A DNA stretch of 24,754 nucleotides from Bacteroidales bacterium. GTDB taxonomy: Bacteria; Bacteroidota; Bacteroidia; Bacteroidales; UBA12077. Below the pieces are notes generated by a model. The model was not told the DNA's origin. It did not search any database and saw nothing but the letters and a program-made list of their open reading frames with translations. Position 1 is the stretch's first letter. Each line of letters starts with the position of its first letter. The position numbers were made by a program, and so were the translations under genes. Location: assembly GCA_028282585.1 (NCBI GenBank), contig JANQHR010000143.1:1-24754 (forward strand), read 5' to 3'. Shown here one piece after another: positions 14,534-23,562 of the stretch.

Positions 14534-16957
14534 ATGACTTTTAAGCAACCTCAATCTATAATTTACTTTATAATAATAGCAATCTTAATTGTTTTTTATT
14601 CGTGTAAAAAAGATGATCAAACCCGCTTACAGGCAGGGTGGTCATCAAAAGACCCAATAGCCATTCCGGTTAATGCCAGAAATCATGAAAGAAATTTGGG
14701 TAATCTGGTTAAGAACCCATCTTTCGAATCAGGAAAAATATATTATGAAAAAAGCAGTATTAAATCATACGATTTAAATGGCTGGAAAAAAGTGGGTAGA
14801 AATATCTTCTGGGTTAATTCAAATAATGAAGAGTTTCATGTTGATGAAGTTTTTGATGGTATTCATTCTGTTAAAATAGTGCGTTCAAATGCCGATGAAA
14901 CGGAAAAAACGGGTGAAGGAATAATAAGCGATTATATTAAGGTAATTCCTGGTAATTATTCATTAAAACTCAAGCTCAAGCTAAAAGATATTTATCCAAA
15001 TCAGACGAGGTTAGGAACCAAAATGTACGATGCAGTTAATATAAGACTTCAGTATTTTGATAAAAACAAGATTGAGATAAGTGGAGAGGAATTAAATGCT
15101 TTTACAAATTCTAAATTGGATAACAGCTTTAAAGCTTTTTCGTTAGCAAATTATTCGCATATAAAAGAATTTGGTTGGGGAGAAGTTTTTGGAAAAACAG
15201 CGAATTTTCCGTTTTTCGATGGAGATATTCCTGATCAAGCGCGATACGTAAGAATTTTTATTGGTTTAAAAGGAACAGGAACCATGTGGATCGATCAGGT
15301 CGATTTCAGATATACTGAGCAGAACTTTACACTTTTAGAACGTATAAAACCATATTTCGATTCTTCTTACTTAGCTTATGATATGGTATTTCCTCAACCT
15401 AAAAAAATGGTTAAAAGAAACACCATAAAATATATAAATGCAGATTCTTCTTATTATCCTGTTATAGTTATTCCGGAAAATGCTTCAAAATATATTATTC
15501 AAAATGCAAAAGAACTGCAAAATTACCTTATTAAAAACGATAGTATTTTAGTTGATAAAATTAAAATTCGTAATAGAATAAAACAGGATGAATACGCTGC
15601 TGGCCATTTAATAATTTCCATTGGCGGTACAAACGTTTATGAACAATTCAGGTCGAATTTACCCGATTCATTAATTTTGGGAGAAAAAGAAGCTTATTAT
15701 ATTCAGCAAATCGATGATTTGGAAAAGGTCGTTTTCGTTAAAGGAAATAGTCCGGAGGCATATCAACATGCAGTAAAATCTATAGTACAGTTATTTGATC
15801 CAAAAAACGCTCATTTTTATAGCGCTGATATTATCGACTATCCTGATTTTAAGGAAAGAGCAATTGCTTTGGATCAATTCGCAGGAGACCTGGACGAGCT
15901 AAAGAATAAAATGGAGTTATTACAATTTAATAAACTCAATAGTTTATACTTTAGCTGGAACAGGAACTACAGTAATTATCCGTTTAATTCTGTAAAGGAA
16001 CTGGGGAATACTGCGTTGAAGTTTGGAGCAATTGTGAATATTTCTGAATACAATGATCAACCTGATTTGTCTGCTCTACTAAAAGAGAATTATCATAATA
16101 TCATTTTAAACAGTACCGATAGCCTGGATTGTGACGAGTTTAATTCAGATAGAAAATGTAGTTCTGATTTTGATCTGATAAACGAAATCAGGAAAACTAT
16201 TGTACAAAAAAGACATCCTGCCGAACTGGGATTTGTACCCCGCTGGAGCAATTTAAGCAGTATCGATAAGGGTTATGAGGATGTATATTTTTATTTCTAC
16301 AACCTGAATCAAACTATAAACAGAGATATACAATTATATTGGACCGGATCTTCAAGATATTCTTCATCCGTTGATTATGCTGATTTAAACAGAATTCAGC
16401 TTATTTATGACAGAATACCTTCCTACATTGACAATAGTTTAATTGGATCGGAAAAACGTTTTAACAGCGATTTTGTAAGGCAGTATTATGCGGGAAAAAT
16501 AAGGATACAATCTCTTTTTGATCCATATAATTTAAAAACAGGCAATAGTTTTTCAAATAGTTCCCATTATCCGAAAATTTTATTGAATTTAAAAGAATTA
16601 AGTAGTTTAGAAACAATTAGAGCATTAACAGCTTTGGGTTATTTCTGGGATACGGAAAAATACAATACGGATAAATCGCTTTGGATTATACTGAATAAAC
16701 TTTACGGGAGAAACACAGCAATTAATCTATTGTATTTTAACGATGCATACTTTGGATTAAAAGAAGTCTGTCAAAAAATAGAAAATAACGGACATCAGTA
16801 TAAAAATACGAGAGTAGCTAAAAATTTTGAAAATTCATTAAAAGAATATTATAAAAAACTGGAATCGGATTTAGATGATGAATTATTAAAAGAATTAGAA
16901 GTTTATATAGCAGAAATAATGAGAAAATACAATAGCTTAATGTCAACTTTAGAATAA
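14534..16957 (+). CDS. Lipoprotein: CBM-like domain + GH20 domain-2-like + degenerate GH84 (O-GlcNAcase-like) barrel
   Basis: Lipobox VFYS-C-KKDD. CBM4/9-like ends NLVKNPSFE...GTGTMWIDQV. Hexosaminidase domain 2-like VFPQPK...IIDYPDFKER. GH84-like KLNS, IQLYWTG, RIPSYIDN and YFWDTEKY. Confidence 0.6.
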   Translation: MTFKQPQSIIYFIIIAILIVFYSCKKDDQTRLQAGWSSKDPIAIPVNARNHERNLGNLVKNPSFESGKIYYEKSSIKSYDLNGWKKVGRNIFWVNSNNEEFHVDEVFDGIHSVKIVRSNADETEKTGEGIISDYIKVIPGNYSLKLKLKLKDIYPNQTRLGTKMYDAVNIRLQYFDKNKIEISGEELNAFTNSKLDNSFKAFSLANYSHIKEFGWGEVFGKTANFPFFDGDIPDQARYVRIFIGLKGTGTMWIDQVDFRYTEQNFTLLERIKPYFDSSYLAYDMVFPQPKKMVKRNTIKYINADSSYYPVIVIPENASKYIIQNAKELQNYLIKNDSILVDKIKIRNRIKQDEYAAGHLIISIGGTNVYEQFRSNLPDSLILGEKEAYYIQQIDDLEKVVFVKGNSPEAYQHAVKSIVQLFDPKNAHFYSADIIDYPDFKERAIALDQFAGDLDELKNKMELLQFNKLNSLYFSWNRNYSNYPFNSVKELGNTALKFGAIVNISEYNDQPDLSALLKENYHNIILNSTDSLDCDEFNSDRKCSSDFDLINEIRKTIVQKRHPAELGFVPRWSNLSSIDKGYEDVYFYFYNLNQTINRDIQLYWTGSSRYSSSVDYADLNRIQLIYDRIPSYIDNSLIGSEKRFNSDFVRQYYAGKIRIQSLFDPYNLKTGNSFSNSSHYPKILLNLKELSSLETIRALTALGYFWDTEKYNTDKSLWIILNKLYGRNTAINLLYFNDAYFGLKEVCQKIENNGHQYKNTRVAKNFENSLKEYYKKLESDLDDELLKELEVYIAEIMRKYNSLMSTLE

Positions 16958-16971
16958 TATAAAAACGAAAA

Positions 16972-17002
16972 GTTGATCATTTATATAAAATGATTAGTTT
17001 TG
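16972..17002 (+). promoter_or_regulatory. Bacteroidota primary-sigma promoter
   Basis: -7 box TAGTTTTG (16995-17002, consensus TAnnTTTG) with GTTG 19 nt upstream. Confidence 0.65.
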
Positions 17003-17024
17003 CACCCATATTTTGAGATTGAGT

Positions 17025-18440
17025 ATGAAGGAAGATTTTGAGGATATATTTCATAATGAGGAAAATAGCGAGTTAGTTAATCGTTATGAGGAGATGCTAA
17101 AAAACAATACCAAGTATTTTTTCGATGTTTTTGAGTTCGAAAGTATTATTGATTATTATATTGAAAGTAATAAGTCAAATAATGCATTAAATGTTGTTCA
17201 GTATGCAGTGCAACAACATCCGGGTTCGCTAAACATTAAGTTGAAAAAAGCCCAGGTGTTAATTGATAAAGGACACGCATCTCAGGCATTGCAGCTAGTT
17301 GAGCAAATTGAGAATATTGAAACTTCAAACAGCGATGTATATTTGTTAAAGGGAAGTACGCTTAATATGATGGGGCGCTATACCGAAGCTGAGCGTGCAT
17401 TTGATAATGCAATTATTTATAGCTACGAAGATAAAGTAGAAGTTATACATACCATAGCCCAATCATTTGAGCAAATTGGACGTTATAAAACTGCTTTGCG
17501 TTATTTAAATGAAGCTTATCGATTGGACAGTAAAAATATAATAGTATTGTATGATATTGGGTACTGTTACGAAAAGATAGGTCAGGTAAATAAGAGCATC
17601 GATTATTATAACCAGTATCTTGATAGAGAACCATTCTCAGAAAATGCCTGGTATAATCTAGGAGTTCTTTATAATAAATTTGATAAATACGATAAAGCTG
17701 TCGAAGCATACGAATTCGCTATTGCCATAAATCCTGATTTTTCGGTTGCATATTTTAATTTGGCAAATGCTTTTTCAAATAAAGAAGATTATTTAAATGC
17801 AATTAAGAATTATAAAGAATACCTGAAATTTGACGGAAGAAGTGTTGAAATTCTTACTTATATAGGCGATTGTTACGAAAGCTTAAAAGAATATGATCTT
17901 GCGTTAAAGTACTATGATGAAGCAATTTCGGTTGATCAGTTTTTCGCTGATGCATATTTTGGTAAAGCTAACCTGATGTACGGACAAGGTAGGTTTAAAT
18001 TAGCGATTAAATTTATCCGAAAAGCCATAAAAATTGACAATATAAACTCTGAATATTATTATTTATTAGGTAGTATCTTAAATGAGCTTAATGAAAATTT
18101 AAAGGCCTTAAATGCTTTTAAAAAAGCTTACGATTTAGACCCTGAGGAGCAAGATTATGTTTTTTCACTCTCAGAGTCCTATGCCGGGGTAGGAAAAGTA
18201 AAAAACGCTTTGGAGGTATTATCTGAACATTTAAAAGACAATCCACGTGATGCTCTGGTTTATTACAGATTGGCAGGTGCCTATTTTTTAAGTAATCACG
18301 AACGCTTAGGATTAGAGATGTTCAAAAATGGATTAAATTTAAATCCAAAAACATATTTGGAAATTCTTGTGATGTATCCTGAGGCAATAGAAAATGCTTC
18401 AATTAATGAACTTTTGAGCAAAACAGAATTAGAAAAATAA
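17025..18440 (+). CDS. Tetratricopeptide repeat protein
   Basis: Many tandem TPRs (AWYNLGVLYNKFDKYDKAVEAYEFAIAINP, AYFNLANAF, AYFGKANLMY). ATG 17025 is preferred over TTG 17013. Confidence 0.9.
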   Translation: MKEDFEDIFHNEENSELVNRYEEMLKNNTKYFFDVFEFESIIDYYIESNKSNNALNVVQYAVQQHPGSLNIKLKKAQVLIDKGHASQALQLVEQIENIETSNSDVYLLKGSTLNMMGRYTEAERAFDNAIIYSYEDKVEVIHTIAQSFEQIGRYKTALRYLNEAYRLDSKNIIVLYDIGYCYEKIGQVNKSIDYYNQYLDREPFSENAWYNLGVLYNKFDKYDKAVEAYEFAIAINPDFSVAYFNLANAFSNKEDYLNAIKNYKEYLKFDGRSVEILTYIGDCYESLKEYDLALKYYDEAISVDQFFADAYFGKANLMYGQGRFKLAIKFIRKAIKIDNINSEYYYLLGSILNELNENLKALNAFKKAYDLDPEEQDYVFSLSESYAGVGKVKNALEVLSEHLKDNPRDALVYYRLAGAYFLSNHERLGLEMFKNGLNLNPKTYLEILVMYPEAIENASINELLSKTELEK

Positions 18441-18462
18441 CAATTATATAATCAAATCCTAC

Positions 18463-18497
18463 AAAACGAAAACTAGTGGATTGTTTTCGTTTTTTTT
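18463..18497 (+). terminator. Probable intrinsic terminator
   Basis: AAAACGAAAAC-loop-GTTTTCGTTTT followed by a T run. Confidence 0.55.
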
Positions 18498-18508
18498 AGT
18501 TTGAAACC

Positions 18509-19444
18509 ATGAAACGGAAAATAGTAAAATACATAAACCTGGCTTTAAAGGGTTTTGTAATGGGAGCTGCAAACGTAATTCCAGGAGTATCAGGTGGAAC
18601 AATTGCCTTAATTACTGGTATTTTTGAACGATTAATTAATGCAATTAAATCATTTGATTTAACTGCAATTAAACTATTGCTTACTGGTAAGATAAAGGAA
18701 TTTATAAAACATGTAGATTTATATTTTCTAATTGCCGTATTTGCCGGGATGGTTGCTAGTGTTGTTTCCCTGGCAAAAATATTGGAATTCCTTTTCCTAA
18801 ATTATCCCGTATTTGTTTGGGCTTTCTTTTTTGGATTAATTCTGGCATCCGTTTATTTCGTTGGTAAATCAATATCAAAATGGAGTATAAGCGTAATTGT
18901 TACATTTATAGTTGGAACTGCGGCAGCTTTATCAATTTCCGTATTAAATCCAGCTACACAAAACGATTCATTTTTATACCTAATCATTTGTGGTGTTGTT
19001 GCAATATGCAGCATGATCTTACCAGGTTTGTCAGGTTCGTTCATACTTATTTTATTAGGTAACTATCAACTGGTTATGATCCAAGCTGTTAATGAACTTG
19101 ATCTAAAGATCATATTTCCGGTTATGATTGGTGCCATCGGTGGACTAATTGTATTTTCACATGTGTTGTCATGGATATATAAAAGGTATAAGGATCAAAC
19201 CATTGCAATTCTTACCGGATTTATTTTAGGTTCGCTGGGTATTCTTTGGCCCTGGCAAAACAATGTTTATCTAAAGGATGAATCAGGTAATCTGATCTTA
19301 AAAGAGGGAGAAAAAATTGTTCAATCAACTGTAAAATATATTCCTGAATCATTTAATACAGAGGTTATTATTGCCACTGTACTTATGATTATTGGAATAA
19401 TTACCATATCTTTGATTGAGAAAATAGCTGGCAATCAAAATTAA
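18509..19444 (+). CDS. DUF368 family membrane protein (PopT-type undecaprenyl-phosphate translocase)
   Basis: Duplicated signature MGAANVIPGVSGGTIA and MILPGLSGS; multiple TM helices; GSL..LWPW motif. Confidence 0.9.
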   Translation: MKRKIVKYINLALKGFVMGAANVIPGVSGGTIALITGIFERLINAIKSFDLTAIKLLLTGKIKEFIKHVDLYFLIAVFAGMVASVVSLAKILEFLFLNYPVFVWAFFFGLILASVYFVGKSISKWSISVIVTFIVGTAAALSISVLNPATQNDSFLYLIICGVVAICSMILPGLSGSFILILLGNYQLVMIQAVNELDLKIIFPVMIGAIGGLIVFSHVLSWIYKRYKDQTIAILTGFILGSLGILWPWQNNVYLKDESGNLILKEGEKIVQSTVKYIPESFNTEVIIATVLMIIGIITISLIEKIAGNQN

Positions 19445-20199
19445 TGCGTTTTTTTGGGTTAATAGGCAAAACTTTAGAACATTCCTTTTCTCCGATATAT
19501 TTCAAAGAAAGATTCGAAAAAGAAGGGATCAAAGACTGCTTTTATAATTTATACCCAATAAAGGTTATAGATGAATTTAATCAGCTAATTACTGATTTTA
19601 CAGAACTTTCCGGATTGAATGTTACCATTCCCTATAAAAAGGATATTATTCCATTTTTAGACGAAATAAGCACGGATGCTCAAAAAATAGGAGCCGTAAA
19701 TACCATAAAGTTCGATTGGATAAATAATAAACTTAAGCTAACAGGTTTTAATACCGATTATTTGGGATTTATAGAAAGCATTAAACCGTTTTTAAATAAA
19801 AATCATCAATCGGCTTTGATTCTTGGAACTGGTGGAAGTTCTCAAGCGGTTAAATTTGGATTAAAAAAACTAGGTATTAGTTTCAAACAGGTTTCGCGAG
19901 AACCTCAAGAGGAAAATTTACTTTCATATAAAGAGATAACAGAAGATACTATTTCCGAATATAAATTAATTGTTAATACCACACCCTTGGGAATGTATCC
20001 TGATATATCGCAATGCCCTGATATACCATATAATGCAATAACAAGTCAACATTTATTATACGATTTGATTTATAATCCGGAACAAACTGAATTCTTAAGC
20101 AATGGATTAGCTCAGGGTGCTCAAATTAAAAATGGTTATGAAATGCTGACTAAACAGGCTGAATTTTCATGGAAAATTTGGAATAATATTCCTATTTAG
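19444..20199 (+). CDS. aroE: Shikimate dehydrogenase
   Basis: GLIG..LEHSFSP, GLNVTIPYK, IGAVNT, GFNTD, LGTGGS, NTTPLGM, DLIYNP and NGYEML..QA motifs; TAATG overlap with the upstream gene. Confidence 0.95.
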   Translation: MRFFGLIGKTLEHSFSPIYFKERFEKEGIKDCFYNLYPIKVIDEFNQLITDFTELSGLNVTIPYKKDIIPFLDEISTDAQKIGAVNTIKFDWINNKLKLTGFNTDYLGFIESIKPFLNKNHQSALILGTGGSSQAVKFGLKKLGISFKQVSREPQEENLLSYKEITEDTISEYKLIVNTTPLGMYPDISQCPDIPYNAITSQHLLYDLIYNPEQTEFLSNGLAQGAQIKNGYEMLTKQAEFSWKIWNNIPI

Positions 20200-20265
20200 G
20201 ATCAGAATAGACAACATATTAAATTAGTGTTAAATATTTTTGGCTAAAACTTGTTGTGAAACACA

Positions 20266-20293
20266 TTTTCATATGATTTTATTCATATGAAAA
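20266..20293. promoter_or_regulatory. Inverted repeat, candidate transcription-factor operator upstream of pta
   Basis: TTTTCATATGA-N6-TCATATGAAAA, a perfect 11-bp inverted repeat just upstream of the predicted promoter. Confidence 0.5.
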
Positions 20294-20318
20294 ATAGCGT
20301 GGAACATTGATTTTTGCT

Positions 20319-20326
20319 TAAATTTG
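20319..20326 (+). promoter_or_regulatory. Bacteroidota -7 promoter box for the pta cluster
   Basis: TAAATTTG matches TAnnTTTG, 36 nt before ATG 20363; no clear -33 box. Confidence 0.55.
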
Positions 20327-20362
20327 CTATATATTTAAAAACAACCTAATTATTTGATACAC

Positions 20363-21364
20363 ATGGATTTATTAAATCAAATCAAAGATAATGCGAAAAA
20401 GCATAACAAAAGAATAGTTTTACCAGAATCAACAGAAGAAAGAACATTAAGAGCGGCAGACGAATTATTGGCGGAAGGATTAGCTCAGATTATCCTTACT
20501 GCTAATCCTGATGAAATTAAAAATAAGGCTACTGAACTTGGCTTAAATAATATTGATAAAGCGATAATCATTGATCCTAAAAATCACGAAAAGAAAGAAG
20601 AATATATTGACCTGATGGTTGAGATTCGCAAGAACAAAGGATTAACAAGAGAAGACGCAGCTAAATTGGTAGAAAATCCATTGTATTTAGCTACAATAAT
20701 GATCAAAAACGGAGATGCTGACGGGGAAGTAGCTGGCGCTGAAAATGCAACGGGCGACGTATTACGTCCCGCGTTTCAGTATGTAAAAACAAAACCTGGT
20801 ATTAGCGTAGTTTCTGGTGCTTTTTTAATGATCTTAAAAGATAAGCAATTTGGAAATGATGGTTTGATGGTTTTTGCAGATTGTGCAGTTCACCCAAATC
20901 CAACGGATAAGGAATTAGCTGAAATAGCAGTGGCAACCGGTGCAACTACAAGAGCAATTGCCGGGATTGAGCCAAGAATTGCAATGCTGAGTTTCTCCAC
21001 TAAAGGAAGTGCAAAGCATGAAATGGTAGATAAAGTGGTTAATGCAACCAAAATGGCAAAGGAAATGGACCCATCATTAAAAATCGATGGAGAAATGCAA
21101 GCTGATGCAGCTATCGTTGAAGCAATTGGCCAGAAAAAAGCACCGGGGAGCGAAATTGCTGGAAAAGCAAATGTATTGGTATTTCCAACTTTAGAAACAG
21201 GAAACATTGCATATAAACTTGTACAGCGTATGGCAGGAGCCGAAGCAGTAGGGCCCGTATTACAAGGTATGGCAGCTCCAATCAACGACTTATCAAGAGG
21301 GTGTTCAGTAAGCGATATTGTGAATTTAGTAGCTATCACAGCCAATCAAGCAGCAGGAAAATAA
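20363..21364 (+). CDS. pta: Phosphate acetyltransferase (short form)
   Basis: RIVLPE, FADCAV.PNP, AMLSFSTKGSA, DGEMQADAA, GNIAYKLVQR, GPVLQG and NDLSRGCS motifs. ATG 20363 is preferred over TTG 20354. Confidence 0.96.
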   Translation: MDLLNQIKDNAKKHNKRIVLPESTEERTLRAADELLAEGLAQIILTANPDEIKNKATELGLNNIDKAIIIDPKNHEKKEEYIDLMVEIRKNKGLTREDAAKLVENPLYLATIMIKNGDADGEVAGAENATGDVLRPAFQYVKTKPGISVVSGAFLMILKDKQFGNDGLMVFADCAVHPNPTDKELAEIAVATGATTRAIAGIEPRIAMLSFSTKGSAKHEMVDKVVNATKMAKEMDPSLKIDGEMQADAAIVEAIGQKKAPGSEIAGKANVLVFPTLETGNIAYKLVQRMAGAEAVGPVLQGMAAPINDLSRGCSVSDIVNLVAITANQAAGK

Positions 21365-21391
21365 TTTAAACATATATAAGGCAATATAAAA

Positions 21392-22603
21392 ATGAAAATT
21401 CTAGTATTAAACTGTGGAAGTTCTTCAATAAAGTATCAATTATTAGAAATGACAAATTCTGAAAGTGCTGACTTATTGGCAAAAGGAATTGTTGAAAGAA
21501 TTGGAATTTGCAATGGCGAGCTAAAACATAAAACACAAGACGATAAAAAATATAATTTCACTACTGATATTCCTGATCATACTAAGGGAATTGACTTAAT
21601 TCTCGAAGCATTATTATCACCGGAACATGGAGTGATAAATAACGCTGATGAAATTACGGCAGTTGGTCATCGTGTGGCTCACGGAGGTCAATATTTTAAG
21701 GAAAGTGCATTGGTTGATGAGCAGGTAAAAGAAAGAATCGAGGAGTGTATCGAATTAGCACCGCTTCATAATCCTGCAAACTTAAAAGGAATATTGGCAA
21801 TGGAAAAATTATTGCCAAAAGTTCCCCAGGTCGTAGTTTTTGATACTTCTTTCCATCAAACAATGGATCCAAAAGCATTTCTTTATGGATTACCATACGA
21901 ATATTATGAAAAATATAAAGTAAGACGTTACGGTTTCCACGGTACAAGCCACAAATTTGTTGCTAAAAAGGCATGTAAATTAGTTGGTTGGAACTGGGAA
22001 GAAAAGAATGTAATTTCTTGTCATTTAGGAAATGGTGCCTCTGTTGCTGCAATCAAAAAGGGAAAATCTGTTGATACATCCATGGGATTTACTCCTGTTG
22101 AAGGTTTGTTAATGGGTACAAGAGCCGGGAACCTTGATTTGGGTGCTTTGTTATTCATTGCAGAGAAAGAAGATCTTACTATACAGGATACAAACAATAT
22201 GATCAATAAACGTAGTGGTTTGTTAGGTATTTCAGGCTTATCATCAGATATGCGCGATCTGGAACAAGCCATGGAGGAAGGTAATGAAAGAGCTAAACTA
22301 GCATTTGATATGTTTGCGTATAGAGTTAAAAAATATATTGGGTCATATGCAGCTGCCATGGGAGGTGTTGACTTAGTATTATTTACCGGAGGAATTGGTG
22401 AGAATGGATGGGATATGCGTAGTAAAGTTTGTCAGGATATGGAATACTTAGGCGTAGATTTTGATTTTAAATTGAATGATAAAAAACGTGGTGTAGACTT
22501 AGAATTAACTAAGCCAAATTCGAAAACAAAGGTTGTTATGGTTACTACTAACGAAGAATTAGTGATAGCACAGGATACTCAAAGAATAGTTAGTAATCTT
22601 TAA
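21392..22603 (+). CDS. ackA: Acetate kinase
   Basis: MKILVLNCGSSSIKYQL, GHRVAHGG, APLHNPAN, FDTSFHQT, RRYGFHGTSH, HLGNGAS, FTGGIGEN and TNEE motifs. Confidence 0.97.
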   Translation: MKILVLNCGSSSIKYQLLEMTNSESADLLAKGIVERIGICNGELKHKTQDDKKYNFTTDIPDHTKGIDLILEALLSPEHGVINNADEITAVGHRVAHGGQYFKESALVDEQVKERIEECIELAPLHNPANLKGILAMEKLLPKVPQVVVFDTSFHQTMDPKAFLYGLPYEYYEKYKVRRYGFHGTSHKFVAKKACKLVGWNWEEKNVISCHLGNGASVAAIKKGKSVDTSMGFTPVEGLLMGTRAGNLDLGALLFIAEKEDLTIQDTNNMINKRSGLLGISGLSSDMRDLEQAMEEGNERAKLAFDMFAYRVKKYIGSYAAAMGGVDLVLFTGGIGENGWDMRSKVCQDMEYLGVDFDFKLNDKKRGVDLELTKPNSKTKVVMVTTNEELVIAQDTQRIVSNL

Positions 22604-22632
22604 TAATAATTGTTTCAATTAAATTGAATAAA

Positions 22633-23529
22633 ATGAGTATTAAAACATTAAATAATATAGTCAATAAAGCTAAAGAGAAAGAAACCAGAAGGCTTGCTGT
22701 GGCAGCAGCAGCTGACAGACCTGTTTTAGAAGCTGTTAAAAATGCATATAAAGAAAATATTATTATACCTGTACTGGTTGGTAATAAAACCGAAATCGAA
22801 AAAATATGTAATGAAATTGGTTTTGATTTAAGCGGAGTTGAGATACATGAAGAAAGCAATCCGGCAAAATCTGCCGTTAAAGCGGTACAATTAATTCGTG
22901 AGGGAAATGCAGATATATTAATGAAGGGGTTGGTTAGTACAGCTCCTTTACTTAAAGCTGTTCTTGACAAAGAAAAAGGATTAACAAAAGGTTCAACTTT
23001 GAGCCATTTTGCATTAGTTGAATCGCCATATTATCATAAACTTTTAGGTATTACTGATGCAGCTATGAATATTACGCCTGAATTCAATGAAAAGGTACAT
23101 ATTATTAATAATGCTGTTGAAGTATTTCACCGCTTAGGAGAAAAGGAACCTAAAGTAGCAATTGTTGGGCCCCTTGAGGTAGTTAACCCAAAAATTGAAT
23201 CAACAACACATGGTGCTTTGCTGGCAGTAATGAATAATAGAAGCCAAATAAAAGGCTGTAAAATTGATGGACCGCTTGCTATGGACAATGCTGTTTCTAA
23301 AGAAGCAGCTGAACATAAAGGAATTAAAAGTGAAGTTGCAGGCGATGCCGATATTTTAGTTGCTCCTGATTTAAACAGCGGAAATATCTTGTATAAATCT
23401 ATGATGTTTTTGGGTGGTGCTACATCAGCAGCAGTAATAATGGGAGCTAAAGTGCCGGTTGTACTTACATCCAGAGCAGATACGGATAAAAGCAAAATGA
23501 TGTCAATAGCACTTGCTGCTGCAATGTAA
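22633..23529 (+). CDS. ptb: Phosphate butyryltransferase / branched-chain phosphotransacylase
   Basis: AVAAAAD, ADILMKG, TDAAMNI.P, DGPLAMDNA, GNILYK and PVVLTSRAD motifs; adjacent to buk. ATG 22633 is preferred over TTG 22624. Confidence 0.9.
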   Translation: MSIKTLNNIVNKAKEKETRRLAVAAAADRPVLEAVKNAYKENIIIPVLVGNKTEIEKICNEIGFDLSGVEIHEESNPAKSAVKAVQLIREGNADILMKGLVSTAPLLKAVLDKEKGLTKGSTLSHFALVESPYYHKLLGITDAAMNITPEFNEKVHIINNAVEVFHRLGEKEPKVAIVGPLEVVNPKIESTTHGALLAVMNNRSQIKGCKIDGPLAMDNAVSKEAAEHKGIKSEVAGDADILVAPDLNSGNILYKSMMFLGGATSAAVIMGAKVPVVLTSRADTDKSKMMSIALAAAM

Positions 23530-23562
23530 AAATTTAGAATATAAATTGGAAAAACTATCATA

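Noticed and set aside
17443-19062. ORFs 17443-17709, 18853-19044 and 18880-19062
   Set aside because: They are nested within the TPR or DUF368 genes with no independent support.
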